A DNA stretch of 64,000 nt from a virus, in IMG/VR virus record IMGVR_UViG_3300028030_000001, positions 19,397 to 83,396 of that record. One strand, written 5' to 3'. This document shows positions 48,506 through 57,973 of the stretch, in pieces (within the stretch, counting starts at the first letter, position 1; each line of letters starts with the position of its first letter). A program made the translations under genes and the position numbers. Under the pieces are notes generated by a model. That model saw only the letters and a program-made list of their open reading frames with translations, was not told the DNA's origin and ran no database searches.

Positions 48506-49093
48506 AGCTGTCACAATTATGACACTAATCAGGCAATGGCATTAAGACCATTGCACTTGCCACCTTGACACTATCCACCATTGTCAAGGTGGCAAGGTGC
48601 GCTTTAAGTGATTAGTGCAGGTTAAAGCGTAAACCCTGCAAGCGTCCAGTTATCCTGCTAACAGACAGATGATAATGGTCGCGTCTATCATTACCGCTTG
48701 CATCCAAGCTGGTACGATTGCAACCAGTTATCACAGCATTTAGCTACTTGTTACAGTAGCGTACCGCCTTGCTACGGTTTTACTGCTGCTACCGTCTGAA
48801 AGCTCGTATTAGCTTTCACAGCGCACAGCCCCTGTTAGTCCAGGCGCACTTTACCTGTACTCAGCCGCCGTCTCACTTGACGGATAACCGGATTATCGGG
48901 CGGTTGAATCCGCCCGTTCTATGTCAAAGAGCGTGCAGGGAAAAATTACTGTCACAATTATGACAGTTGAGACAAGCTGTATCAGCCCCCTGCCCGGCTA
49001 ATCAGCCATGTTGCCTACACCCTTGTGGGTGAGTACCCACCTCTCCATCCACAACACAAAGACCAGATTTTCTTTACATAACGTAAACCAAAT

Positions 49094-49160
49094 CCCGTCA
49101 AACAACCGTTCCCGTCAAACAACCGTTCCCGTCAAACAACCGTTCCAGTCAAACAACCGT
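49094..49160 (+). repeat. Four tandem 17-bp repeats CCCGTCAAACAACCGTT upstream of the packaging genes
   Basis: Units at 49094, 49111, 49128 and 49145; the last is slightly degenerate. Confidence 0.9.
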
Positions 49161-49309
49161 CTCAACTCCTACTAAACAATTACCAAACAACCATTCCGAA
49201 TTATGTTAACCAACAAACCAACAATCCAACCTCAAAAACAAACCAACCTTAAAAATACCCACCAACCAAAACAACAAAAACCTTGACATAACGTAAACAA
49301 AATAATGTC

Positions 49310-49338
49310 TTGACAATTTCATAAACACCTTTTACTCT
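49310..49338 (+). promoter_or_regulatory. sigma70-type promoter for the rightward arm
   Basis: TTGACA-17 nt-TACTCT, 7 nt before the ATG at 49346. A second TTGACA lies at 49283. Confidence 0.6.
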
Positions 49339-49345
49339 AAAAAAC

Positions 49346-49873
49346 ATGGAAAAATTAATTGTGTGCTCAGGACAATCTTGCCCTATTTACAAAGTATGCC
49401 CGGCAACTGAAGTGCCTCTGCAGGGGGACGAATGTACGCTTAAAGCAGATTACTTACGGGGCGTGTGGCAGTTGATTACCAGTATGTATCCACGATACGA
49501 GAGCGATCCGGCTCTGAAGTTGAGAGCAAACTATCACTTGATTCCTCTCTATCAGGCGTTATTGGCGGCTTACATTGATTTCTATGCATACAACACAGGC
49601 GTTATCAACAAACCGCCAAAGAAGTCAATGAATATCATAAGGGATTCTATAACACTGATAGAAGCAACACTGACAAAAATGGACTCACTACAGGATGAGT
49701 ATTTGACAATAGATAGTGAAAACAGTAACAATAATGCTCTTGGGTACTACGAACGACTTCTACATAAACCGTCAACACCTGTAGACATGCCATTTGACAC
49801 ACGCAAAAACGGAAAGAAGACTATAATAGTAAAAAAAGTCCCAAGCGAATTACCTGAGAAAACATATAGATAA
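49346..49873 (+). CDS. Putative terminase small subunit
   Basis: First gene of the packaging module. N-terminal Cys cluster (CSGQSCPIYKVC...C) and helical body. The call rests on position only. Confidence 0.45.
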   Translation: MEKLIVCSGQSCPIYKVCPATEVPLQGDECTLKADYLRGVWQLITSMYPRYESDPALKLRANYHLIPLYQALLAAYIDFYAYNTGVINKPPKKSMNIIRDSITLIEATLTKMDSLQDEYLTIDSENSNNNALGYYERLLHKPSTPVDMPFDTRKNGKKTIIVKKVPSELPEKTYR

Positions 49874-49885
49874 CAGGAACATACC

Positions 49886-51559
49886 ATGACAGAAAACACT
49901 TCACCCAACACACCCTCCAACACACCCTCCAACACTCCCGCTTTCAAATTCGATTTCTCTTCACTTCCGTTCGAGGACAGACAAGCGATCATAGACGAAT
50001 TCGCACCAGAAATAATTGATCAGTTGGCCTTGACCAACAGACCCTGGACAACTCAACCAACAAACACACTCTATGACGAAGATGGGTTCCCTATAAACCC
50101 TAACAAGCACAAAGAAACACAATCATTACAACAGTTACAGGCAAGTTGCTGGGAAAAGGTACAGAACTCTCCACACTTGTCAGGGTACGTGAACGATACA
50201 GCAGGTAAAATCTGTGGTAACGGCTTTTCCATTGACGCATTCGACCAACGAATACAAACGGTAGTGGATGAGATTCTGACCGACCCAAGGAACGACTTCA
50301 TTCTGAATACGCCTATGTACATATCAAGGCATCTCATTGAAGGTGAGTTGTTTCTACCAATGACCATACATCCTGACGCATTCTGTGAGATAGACTTTAT
50401 TGACCCTGCCTACATCAAGGGCGGATCAGAAGATAACACAGGTATAATCTCGCATCCGACAAAACCACAAGTAAGACTGGCCTACATCATAGAAAGACCC
50501 GATAAGAAACCGATCACGATTCCGTCCACGTACCTGTTACACTACCCAAATGCTATCAAACTCATTCCGAAACAGTACAGAGACAGAATACCGACCACTA
50601 CAAATAGAAAATACAAAAAAATCAACAACATAGCCAACTACATGATCGAGTGGAAACGTGGTTATGTTACGAAACGGAATCTGTCTCAGATCAAATCAAC
50701 TCTTGAATGGTTGAATTATTATGAGTTGATGAAGAAGATTGAGGTGGATTACAAGCGGTCTGCTACCAGTTACTTATGGGTAGTGAAGTTTGAGGATAAG
50801 GCGGCTTTTCGTTTGTGGATGAGTATGACGGAAGAGGAGCAGAGGCGGACAGGTTTGATGGCTCAGAAAAGTCCTGGCGGCCAGTTGATTCTGCCTCCTG
50901 GCATGACCATATCATGTGAGGCTCCGAGATTGTCAACGATTACTGACGAGGACAGGGATTTGCTTCATTTTGTGACGGCTGGGCTTGGAGTAGATGCGTC
51001 TACGTTGACAGGGGATTATAACGCTAACACTTATGCGTCTGCAAAGATGGCTAGAACACCTTTATCAGACAGAATAAGTGCATATGCAACATATTTTGAA
51101 CGATTTATCAAGTATGAACTGTTCAGGTCTGTATTTATCGCGAAGAACATTATTAACGGAACAAAAATTGATTATAAAGTAAAACAGGTAGTAAAGTTTC
51201 TTGATAAGGAGCCGAGGTCTAGGAACGTAATAAAGAAAGCATGGGAACTTATTGATGTTTCGTTTCCATTGGATGACGTGGCCGATTTGGAAGCGAAAGC
51301 TAAAGCATTTCTTGGTTCGAAACATGGCTCGCTTCCTGACACATTGGGGATTAGTAAGGAAACTATCGCTAAACGGTTAGGGTTCGGGGCATACGCAAAA
51401 GAAGTTTACAAATATTGGTCTGAGAAAGAGTATATGCCTGATTTGCCTGTGGATGAGTTTCGGGAAAATTTGGTGAACAGTGACGAATCGGCTCAGACAT
51501 CGGTTACTGAATCAAACGATTCTGGTGTGGAAGATGCTGAGGTTCCTGGTGGGGAATAG
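49886..51559 (+). CDS. Portal protein
   Basis: 557 aa. IEGELF, PGGQLILPPGM and LTGDYNANTYASA motifs typical of portals; acidic tail. Confidence 0.75.
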   Translation: MTENTSPNTPSNTPSNTPAFKFDFSSLPFEDRQAIIDEFAPEIIDQLALTNRPWTTQPTNTLYDEDGFPINPNKHKETQSLQQLQASCWEKVQNSPHLSGYVNDTAGKICGNGFSIDAFDQRIQTVVDEILTDPRNDFILNTPMYISRHLIEGELFLPMTIHPDAFCEIDFIDPAYIKGGSEDNTGIISHPTKPQVRLAYIIERPDKKPITIPSTYLLHYPNAIKLIPKQYRDRIPTTTNRKYKKINNIANYMIEWKRGYVTKRNLSQIKSTLEWLNYYELMKKIEVDYKRSATSYLWVVKFEDKAAFRLWMSMTEEEQRRTGLMAQKSPGGQLILPPGMTISCEAPRLSTITDEDRDLLHFVTAGLGVDASTLTGDYNANTYASAKMARTPLSDRISAYATYFERFIKYELFRSVFIAKNIINGTKIDYKVKQVVKFLDKEPRSRNVIKKAWELIDVSFPLDDVADLEAKAKAFLGSKHGSLPDTLGISKETIAKRLGFGAYAKEVYKYWSEKEYMPDLPVDEFRENLVNSDESAQTSVTESNDSGVEDAEVPGGE

Positions 51560-51638
51560 GTAAAAATAAGAAAACTTAATGGTTTCAGTTAGTTGGTTTA
51601 GTTTTTTGGTCGTTTTAATATTAAAAATTGATTAAATT

Positions 51639-53510
51639 ATGGCTTATAATTCGGAACAGTCCTGGCTTAATGAGAAGCTTGAATTTTGGAAATGGGGGAA
51701 TGGAGAGGCAGTTGCAGATTGGGCTGAACATCATGTAAAAGTCAAGGTATTGAATTTTGATACGGGCGGGTTTGAGTTTGTGTATCTGAAAGATATGCCT
51801 ACTCAGAAACATCCCGAAACAGGCCGGTCTTACAGGGATTTGTGGGAGTGGCAGAAGGAGTCGTATCTGTATCCTGCTTTGGAGAGGCATACGAACGGGA
51901 AGTTTCGGTACGATACGCTTGTGAATTGTACTCCTCGTGGGGAGGGGAAAACTGCGGTGAATGTGATTATTATGCTTCACCGCTTTTTCTGTTTTGTGGA
52001 GCAGAAGATTATTTGCGGAGCGAATTCTAAACAGCAGTCGGTGTTTAGTGTGAAAACGATTGCTGAAGATATTATATTGAATTCTGACCCGTTACTGTCT
52101 TTGGTTCCGAGGGACGACATAAAGGACAAGGAGATAAGGCTGAGGGATTCGAGAGGGGAAGTAAGGAATACAATTATTGCTATTTCTGCAAAGCACGGTG
52201 TGTATTCCAATATTACTCTGGCGATATTTTCTGAAATATTTCAGATGGCTCCACCGTTTGAGATGTATTACCAGTTGGATTCGTCCAGACGAAATATTCC
52301 ACATTCATTAGTTCTTGTAGATTCAACTGTATCGGACAAACATCATGTACTTTACCATCTTTACGACATTTCTAAAAAACCTGATTCGAGTGTGTTTTTT
52401 AACTATACTTATAGTAATTCTGGGGATTATCGAGACTATTATCATCCTCTCCAGACTCAGCAACAGCTTGATTCGTTTAGGGAAAAGTTTACTGATTCGG
52501 AGTTCAAGATGTTTTTCCTCAACAAGTGGTCGGGGAAATCTACAGAATTCTTCCCGGAAAAAGCTGTAGAAGCCTTGAATATAATCGGAATCGACTCACA
52601 AGTACCTGCCAATCCTAGAGAGATTATTACTCTGTGCCAGCAAAAAATTGAAGCCGAAACAAATGACGATTCAAACACATATGAACAACTGAAACATCGC
52701 CTGGTTCCGCTTCCGTACAAACTCGAAGCATACGGACATCCTGATTTTATTTCTGGTGAAGCCTTACTTGAACTTCGGGATATGTATGATACCGATTTTG
52801 CTCTTGGTATCGGTATTGATATGGCCGATGCTCTTAAGGATGATTTGACCAAGGGTGCGAGGACTATCGCAGCCTTTATGTTGAAAGGGCTTCCTGGCTC
52901 GCTTCATAATCCAAGTCTTACTTCTGGTTATGACCCTGACGATCCTGAAGATTTGTCTAAACTGGACAGACTTAATTTCGTGTATTTTTGTGCAGGATTG
53001 TTCCACGTGGAAACATCTGATGCGAATGATGTTGTTAGACTGATTGCTCAGTGCAAGGATTCGTTTGCGTTTCCGTTCAATGTACTGGTCGAAAGATGGG
53101 GAAGTTCTGAAATTGTCTCTTATTGTGAGTCTGAGATGATTCCTGTTGAGGTTGTGCATCCGAGTTATGGGTTCCAGCGGGAAGTGTTTAATAGGGTGTA
53201 TCGTCAGGTTATTGCGGGAAAGACAAAGGTTCCTGAGCTTCCGGTTCAGGGAAGAGACGAATCCGTAGATATACTGAGAGAAGAGTTGAGGAATTTTATT
53301 TATGATTCGTCAAAGAAATTCTATGGTTCCCCTACAAAATCGAATCCGAGGGGAATTCAGGATGACTCCGTGTATGCGTGGGCTTATTCACACCACAGCT
53401 TGAGGAAGGCTATTGTTCAGGACTTTGATGTTTGTGCTCAGTACGGAAAAGATGCGTCTATTCCTATGTTTGGGCTTATGATTAAACCTCAAAATGTGGC
53501 AGGTTATTGA
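51639..53510 (+). CDS. terL: Terminase large subunit
   Basis: LWEWQ, PRGEGKT Walker A, ANSKQQS, AIFSE Walker-B-like, DST, and nuclease GIDMAD and QDDSVYA. Confidence 0.88.
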   Translation: MAYNSEQSWLNEKLEFWKWGNGEAVADWAEHHVKVKVLNFDTGGFEFVYLKDMPTQKHPETGRSYRDLWEWQKESYLYPALERHTNGKFRYDTLVNCTPRGEGKTAVNVIIMLHRFFCFVEQKIICGANSKQQSVFSVKTIAEDIILNSDPLLSLVPRDDIKDKEIRLRDSRGEVRNTIIAISAKHGVYSNITLAIFSEIFQMAPPFEMYYQLDSSRRNIPHSLVLVDSTVSDKHHVLYHLYDISKKPDSSVFFNYTYSNSGDYRDYYHPLQTQQQLDSFREKFTDSEFKMFFLNKWSGKSTEFFPEKAVEALNIIGIDSQVPANPREIITLCQQKIEAETNDDSNTYEQLKHRLVPLPYKLEAYGHPDFISGEALLELRDMYDTDFALGIGIDMADALKDDLTKGARTIAAFMLKGLPGSLHNPSLTSGYDPDDPEDLSKLDRLNFVYFCAGLFHVETSDANDVVRLIAQCKDSFAFPFNVLVERWGSSEIVSYCESEMIPVEVVHPSYGFQREVFNRVYRQVIAGKTKVPELPVQGRDESVDILREELRNFIYDSSKKFYGSPTKSNPRGIQDDSVYAWAYSHHSLRKAIVQDFDVCAQYGKDASIPMFGLMIKPQNVAGY

Positions 53511-53511
53511 T

Positions 53512-53883
53512 ATGATTAGAATTTTTTCTTTAGTTATTATGTTTTTGTTTTTGTTTTCGTTTCAGGTAGTGGCTACTACTCGGTTGGTGGTATATGCGGA
53601 GCAGGTAGCTACGGTTTATTGGGATTACAATGTGGAACCGGAGCCTGACTTGGCAGGGTTTTATGTTTGGTGTGATGGTGTCTTGGCTGCCAATGTTACC
53701 GATATACAGGCAAGACAAGTTGACATAACTGATTCGGTTTGTAGTGATGGAAACAACTCTATCACTGTAAGTGCTTATGACATATATGGGGAGGAAGGAA
53801 GAGAGAGTGTAGAAAAAGCTAAGTGGTTTCACAACAAACCGCCGAACGGAATCCCAAGTAATGTCAGAATTAAACCAAAATAA
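53512..53883 (+). CDS. Secreted fibronectin type III-like protein
   Basis: Signal peptide MIRIFSLVIMFLFLFSFQVVA; WDxNxEPxxDLAGF...VSAYDxxGxE..S. Confidence 0.7.
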   Translation: MIRIFSLVIMFLFLFSFQVVATTRLVVYAEQVATVYWDYNVEPEPDLAGFYVWCDGVLAANVTDIQARQVDITDSVCSDGNNSITVSAYDIYGEEGRESVEKAKWFHNKPPNGIPSNVRIKPK

Positions 53884-53897
53884 TTTCAAGAAAAATG

Positions 53898-53926
53898 TTG
53901 ACATATAAAATCTGTCATATTAACAT
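53898..53926 (+). promoter_or_regulatory. sigma70-type promoter for head genes
   Basis: TTGACA-17 nt-TAACAT. Confidence 0.6.
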
Positions 53927-53960
53927 GACTTAAACTCATATTATATTGAGGCTATTTCTA

Positions 53961-55334
53961 ATGAAAAAATACGAAAGAATTCTGTCGCATCTCGTGTCAA
54001 AGCATTGGTTAATTGAGGAAGATTGGCTCAGGCTGATGCTTGCTATTGCTGAAAGATCGGAAGATGTTACGGCTTTGAAGGCGAGGCTTGACGCCCCGCT
54101 CCAGTCCGCTTCCGATTATGCTTCAGTTCGTGATAATGTTGCTGTACTGGACTTGAGAGGGCCTATATTTGCGTACAGTAACATGATGACGGAGCTTTGC
54201 GGGGCTACGTCTCTTTCACGTCTTGCCAAGGATTTTAAGGCGGCAGAAGAAAACCCCGATATTGATACTATTGTTCACTATATTGATACACCAGGCGGGC
54301 AGGTTACAGGTACAAACGAGTATTCTGAGCTTGTAAAGAACTCAAACAAGAAAACAATCGCTTATGTGTCAGGTACAGCGGCCAGTGCAGGTTACTGGAT
54401 CGCATCTGCTCATGATGAGATTGTGGTAGATAAAACGTCAAGGCTTGGAAGTATTGGTGTAGTAGTAGCGTTACCTCCGAAGGATGAAGGCGTTATTGAA
54501 ATCGTTAACAGCACAAGCCCTAACAAGAGAATCGACCCGGAAACGGACGAGGGCAGGGCGGTTATTGTAAAGGAATTGGATGCTTTAGCCGAGGTATTTC
54601 AAAAAACAGTAGCCAAAAACCGTAATGTATCTCTTGAAACTGTTGTTAGCGACTTTGGTAAGGGTGGAATTCTTGTCGGTGAGGACGCTATAAATATAAA
54701 GATGGCTGACAGGCTGGGATCGTTCGAGGAATTGATGGAAGAGCTTACTGATTCAGGTTCGTCTCACCACTATGTTCCTGGCGATGGCGTGGATGCCAAA
54801 AAAGACAACGGAGATTCAGAAATTATGGATAGGAAAGAACTGAAGGCCAAGTATCCTGACCTGTATGCCGAGATTCTTGATGAAGGCAAGGCTCAGGGCA
54901 AGGCCGAAGCAGAAAAGATTGCGGCTGAGAAAGTTGATTCTGTTGCTACCAAGTATCAGGAAAAGCTTTCTGCTGCTGAAGAGAGGATTGCGGCTCTTGA
55001 GAAGGCCGAGGCACAGAGGTCTATTGAAATGGCGGCCAAGGAAGCGGTGGCTTATGTTGACAAGTCCCTGCTTGCCAGTGACCTGCCTGAAGCAGTGTAT
55101 GGCAAAATAAAAGCTGCGCTTGCAGGCCAGATCAAGGCCGTGGCCGGTGGGAGTATGGAACAGGCCGATTTTGAGTCGGCGGTTGCTGAGGAAATCAAGA
55201 GTTGGTCTGATATTCTGGCAAGTGCTGCTACCGTTACAGGTATCGGCGGGAATGCCAAGGACGTTACAGGCGACTTTGACGAAGCAGATGTTGATGCGGT
55301 TGTTGACCGTATGCTGGACCATGTACAGTCTTAA
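53961..55334 (+). CDS. S49-family prohead protease fused to a scaffold domain
   Basis: IDTPGG, AASAGYWIAS, GSIGV and ADRLG motifs; Ala/Glu/Lys-rich coiled-coil C-terminus. Confidence 0.9.
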   Translation: MKKYERILSHLVSKHWLIEEDWLRLMLAIAERSEDVTALKARLDAPLQSASDYASVRDNVAVLDLRGPIFAYSNMMTELCGATSLSRLAKDFKAAEENPDIDTIVHYIDTPGGQVTGTNEYSELVKNSNKKTIAYVSGTAASAGYWIASAHDEIVVDKTSRLGSIGVVVALPPKDEGVIEIVNSTSPNKRIDPETDEGRAVIVKELDALAEVFQKTVAKNRNVSLETVVSDFGKGGILVGEDAINIKMADRLGSFEELMEELTDSGSSHHYVPGDGVDAKKDNGDSEIMDRKELKAKYPDLYAEILDEGKAQGKAEAEKIAAEKVDSVATKYQEKLSAAEERIAALEKAEAQRSIEMAAKEAVAYVDKSLLASDLPEAVYGKIKAALAGQIKAVAGGSMEQADFESAVAEEIKSWSDILASAATVTGIGGNAKDVTGDFDEADVDAVVDRMLDHVQS

Positions 55335-55358
55335 CAGACTGAAAGGATAGGAAATATT

Positions 55359-56039
55359 ATGAGCACTTACGGAAGTATCCCAAATGTAAGTTGGGGCGAG
55401 CAGGTTCCGGGAGCAGATGCGCTGTTCTATTCCCGGCGTGATGCGGCTCTACTGCTCGATAAGGCAATCAAACCTGGTTATGGTGTACTTCAGGCTGGTT
55501 GGCTTATGGGAGTAGCGGCTGATGGACAGCTTGTGCCCTATGTGATGACTGGTTTTGCAGCCACTGGCCTTGAGGCTAACGCTGTTGTGTTCGGGCTTGC
55601 GGACGTAGCAAACGGAGCGAACACTATTGATGTTCCGCTTGCGGCATCCTACAGGTTCAAGGTTGGTGACGTACTGGCTCTCGGTGAGACAGATGGACCT
55701 ACTTATCATAATGGCGGTGCTATTACGGATATTGACAGGACAAGCTCTCCGGTAAAGGCCACGATTACGTTTACCACAGCGACAACTACAGCGGCGTTTA
55801 CCACTGCCAATTCTGTGCATTGTTACATTGCTACAGGCTCAAGCGGTAAACTGTCTGAGGCTGTTTATGTTCTGGACAAGGCCGTTGATACAGGCGAAGG
55901 CGAGACTGCTGCAGGCGGGCTTACAAGTGTGGTTGTGTCAAATGCCGTACTTAATGCCCCGGTTGTAATTGGTATGGATTCCGCTGCACAGACAACTATG
56001 GGTCTTGTAGTCGATGGTGACTACGTTATTCTCAAGTAA
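55359..56039 (+). CDS. Head decoration protein
   Basis: Between protease and capsid. GYGVLxAGxxMG...G.LVPY pattern. Confidence 0.7.
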   Translation: MSTYGSIPNVSWGEQVPGADALFYSRRDAALLLDKAIKPGYGVLQAGWLMGVAADGQLVPYVMTGFAATGLEANAVVFGLADVANGANTIDVPLAASYRFKVGDVLALGETDGPTYHNGGAITDIDRTSSPVKATITFTTATTTAAFTTANSVHCYIATGSSGKLSEAVYVLDKAVDTGEGETAAGGLTSVVVSNAVLNAPVVIGMDSAAQTTMGLVVDGDYVILK

Positions 56040-56051
56040 GGAGGGAAAAAG

Positions 56052-57281
56052 ATGAAAGGTTCTAACGGTATAAAGTCCCTCAAGCTTGAGGTACTTAATG
56101 GTGTAATTGAGAAGATGCCTATGGCCCCAAACATGGTCTTTGCTTCCATGTTCGGATCAGCCAACGCAGATTCAGACACAATCAAATGGGAAATCGAGTA
56201 TTCGAGCGCAGGTATGGCTCCGTTCGTGGCTCCGGGCGCACCCGCACCCACTGTTGGGGTTGACGGTACTGGACAAGGCCGGGCAACAGCCGCTTACTAC
56301 AAGGAAAAGATGTTCTTTGATGAGGAGTGGCTGAACAACATGAGGCTTCCTGGTACACACGCTACCTATCAGACTGCTGAACGTCAGCTTTCTCGTGGTA
56401 TGCGTAAGCTTCGGTACAGAAATGACAGGCGTACCGAATGGATGTTTGCCAAGATGTTGATCAACAACGGCTTCACGTACCAAACGAAGAACCGTTCCAC
56501 ATTCACTGTGAATTACGGTATTCCCTCGACTCATATGTACGCCCTACCAAATGATCGGAATTGGGTAGACGGCTCAAACAAGAACATTGTAGAGGATGTG
56601 TTTGACGCAAAGAACATCCTTCGTGTAGATGAGGCCGTTGCTCCTACCGATGTCTTTGTTACTACGGAACTTCTGAAGCTGCTGGTGATGGACCAGGGTA
56701 TTCAGGACTTGCTGAAGAAGTCAGCGTTTGGTAACGGCGACCTGTTCTCTCGTCCGGCCCAGGTAATAGGCGAGCTTCTTGGTGTAGGAACTCTTCAGGT
56801 GTACGACGAGTTCTTCGAAACCAAGGTATATCCGACCGTACCCATTGATGGTGGCTCTACTACCTCATTCACTGTAAATACTACGCAGGACGTTGAGGTA
56901 GGCGCAATTTTCCGCTTTGTCGATGCTACAACTGATAACAAGTGGGAAGATAAGCGTATTACTGACGTGAACTACGCCACAAACACTATTACGGTTGATT
57001 CCGCTCCGACCAACGATTACCGTCCTCGTTCCGATTACGGTATCGTCCGCAACTACTTCCTGAAGGATAACGAGTTCTTTATGATGTCTCGTACTTCGGG
57101 CGGTGAGCCGATTGCGGAACTGTTGAAGGCTCCATTTGGTCTTAACAGGTATTGGGGCCAGTTTGCTGATACCAAGGATGAGTGGGACCCTGAAGGACTT
57201 TGGCTCAGAGTCCAGAACAAGGGCCTGCCTGTACTCTATCATCCAGGGGCAGTAGTTAAAATCACAACCTACACCCTCTAA
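56052..57281 (+). CDS. Major capsid protein (lambda gpE-like)
   Basis: MAPFVAP, RxEWM, VNYG and WDPEG...QxxGLPV motifs; followed by a terminator. Confidence 0.88.
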   Translation: MKGSNGIKSLKLEVLNGVIEKMPMAPNMVFASMFGSANADSDTIKWEIEYSSAGMAPFVAPGAPAPTVGVDGTGQGRATAAYYKEKMFFDEEWLNNMRLPGTHATYQTAERQLSRGMRKLRYRNDRRTEWMFAKMLINNGFTYQTKNRSTFTVNYGIPSTHMYALPNDRNWVDGSNKNIVEDVFDAKNILRVDEAVAPTDVFVTTELLKLLVMDQGIQDLLKKSAFGNGDLFSRPAQVIGELLGVGTLQVYDEFFETKVYPTVPIDGGSTTSFTVNTTQDVEVGAIFRFVDATTDNKWEDKRITDVNYATNTITVDSAPTNDYRPRSDYGIVRNYFLKDNEFFMMSRTSGGEPIAELLKAPFGLNRYWGQFADTKDEWDPEGLWLRVQNKGLPVLYHPGAVVKITTYTL

Positions 57282-57302
57282 CCTCCTCATACCCATATCC
57301 TG

Positions 57303-57331
57303 AAGCCCCTTGGTAACACAAGGGGCTTTTT
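57303..57331 (+). terminator. Rho-independent terminator after the capsid gene
   Basis: AAGCCCCTTG...CAAGGGGCTT followed by a T-run. Confidence 0.85.
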
Positions 57332-57347
57332 ATCAAAGAGGTAAAAA

Positions 57348-57548
57348 ATGGTACTTAAACTTTTGCAGAATCTGAGATTTTCTCCTACAGAAATTTATCC
57401 TGCTGGAACTTACGAGGACCCGCCAGAAATTCTGGTAAAAGAGTTCAAACTGAGTCCTGGTCTGTTCATGGACATTACGCCGAAAAAGTCCAAACCCAAG
57501 AAAACGACTGACAACAAACCCGCTGACGATAAGAAGGCCAAGAAATGA
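57348..57548 (+). CDS. Small basic head-associated protein
   Basis: 66 aa, Lys-rich tail, GAGG RBS. Confidence 0.6.
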   Translation: MVLKLLQNLRFSPTEIYPAGTYEDPPEILVKEFKLSPGLFMDITPKKSKPKKTTDNKPADDKKAKK

Positions 57549-57973
57549 GCATCAGCACAGACGATGAACTCATTGAACGCACTCGTGCGTTAATGCTTAC
57601 TGCCGCAGACAAGGCCACGGATGATACGTGGGACCAAGCTCTGCGGCAAACTTATAATGAGCTTCCTTGGGGTGTGCCTCAAACTGATGAGGTAAAGTGT
57701 TACTGGCTTATTGAGCGATTGAGACGCCATGTGGTTTATGCTTTGTCTGTAGAGGCCGCATCCAAGTTTCAATACAAACAGATACATCTTGAGCACCGTT
57801 TTAAGCAGTATTTCGCTCTTATTGAGAATATGGACAAGGAGTTTAAGGAATTCGTAGAGAATAATCCGGCTTTGTTCCCTGTAAATACTGCTGCTTTTAT
57901 TGATGCGTTCAAGTATATAAGCTATATCGGTAACGGTTTCGTATATGACGGTGTAGGTGAGGCTATTTGGTAG
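57545..57973 (+). CDS. Putative head-tail adaptor
   Basis: Helical, typical size and position. Confidence 0.5.
   Translation: MSISTDDELIERTRALMLTAADKATDDTWDQALRQTYNELPWGVPQTDEVKCYWLIERLRRHVVYALSVEAASKFQYKQIHLEHRFKQYFALIENMDKEFKEFVENNPALFPVNTAAFIDAFKYISYIGNGFVYDGVGEAIW

Larger units (their letters stand above)
38711..48965. repeat. Dispersed 16-17 bp palindrome TGTCAYAA(W)TTRTGACA, 15 copies
   Basis: Copies start at 38711, 42025, 43374, 44188, 46001, 46030, 46335, 46392, 47059, 47093, 47522, 47559, 47807, 48509 and 48950. All lie between the minus-strand genes. Confidence 0.92.

Noticed and set aside
45543-49160. CRISPR array associated with TnpB
   Set aside because: The repeats are either tandem without spacers or dispersed at irregular distances; there is no repeat-spacer periodicity.
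52999-53015. Third parS-like sequence TGTTCCACGTGGAAACA in terL
   Set aside because: An extra base breaks the 16-bp symmetry and it lies in coding sequence, so it may be chance.
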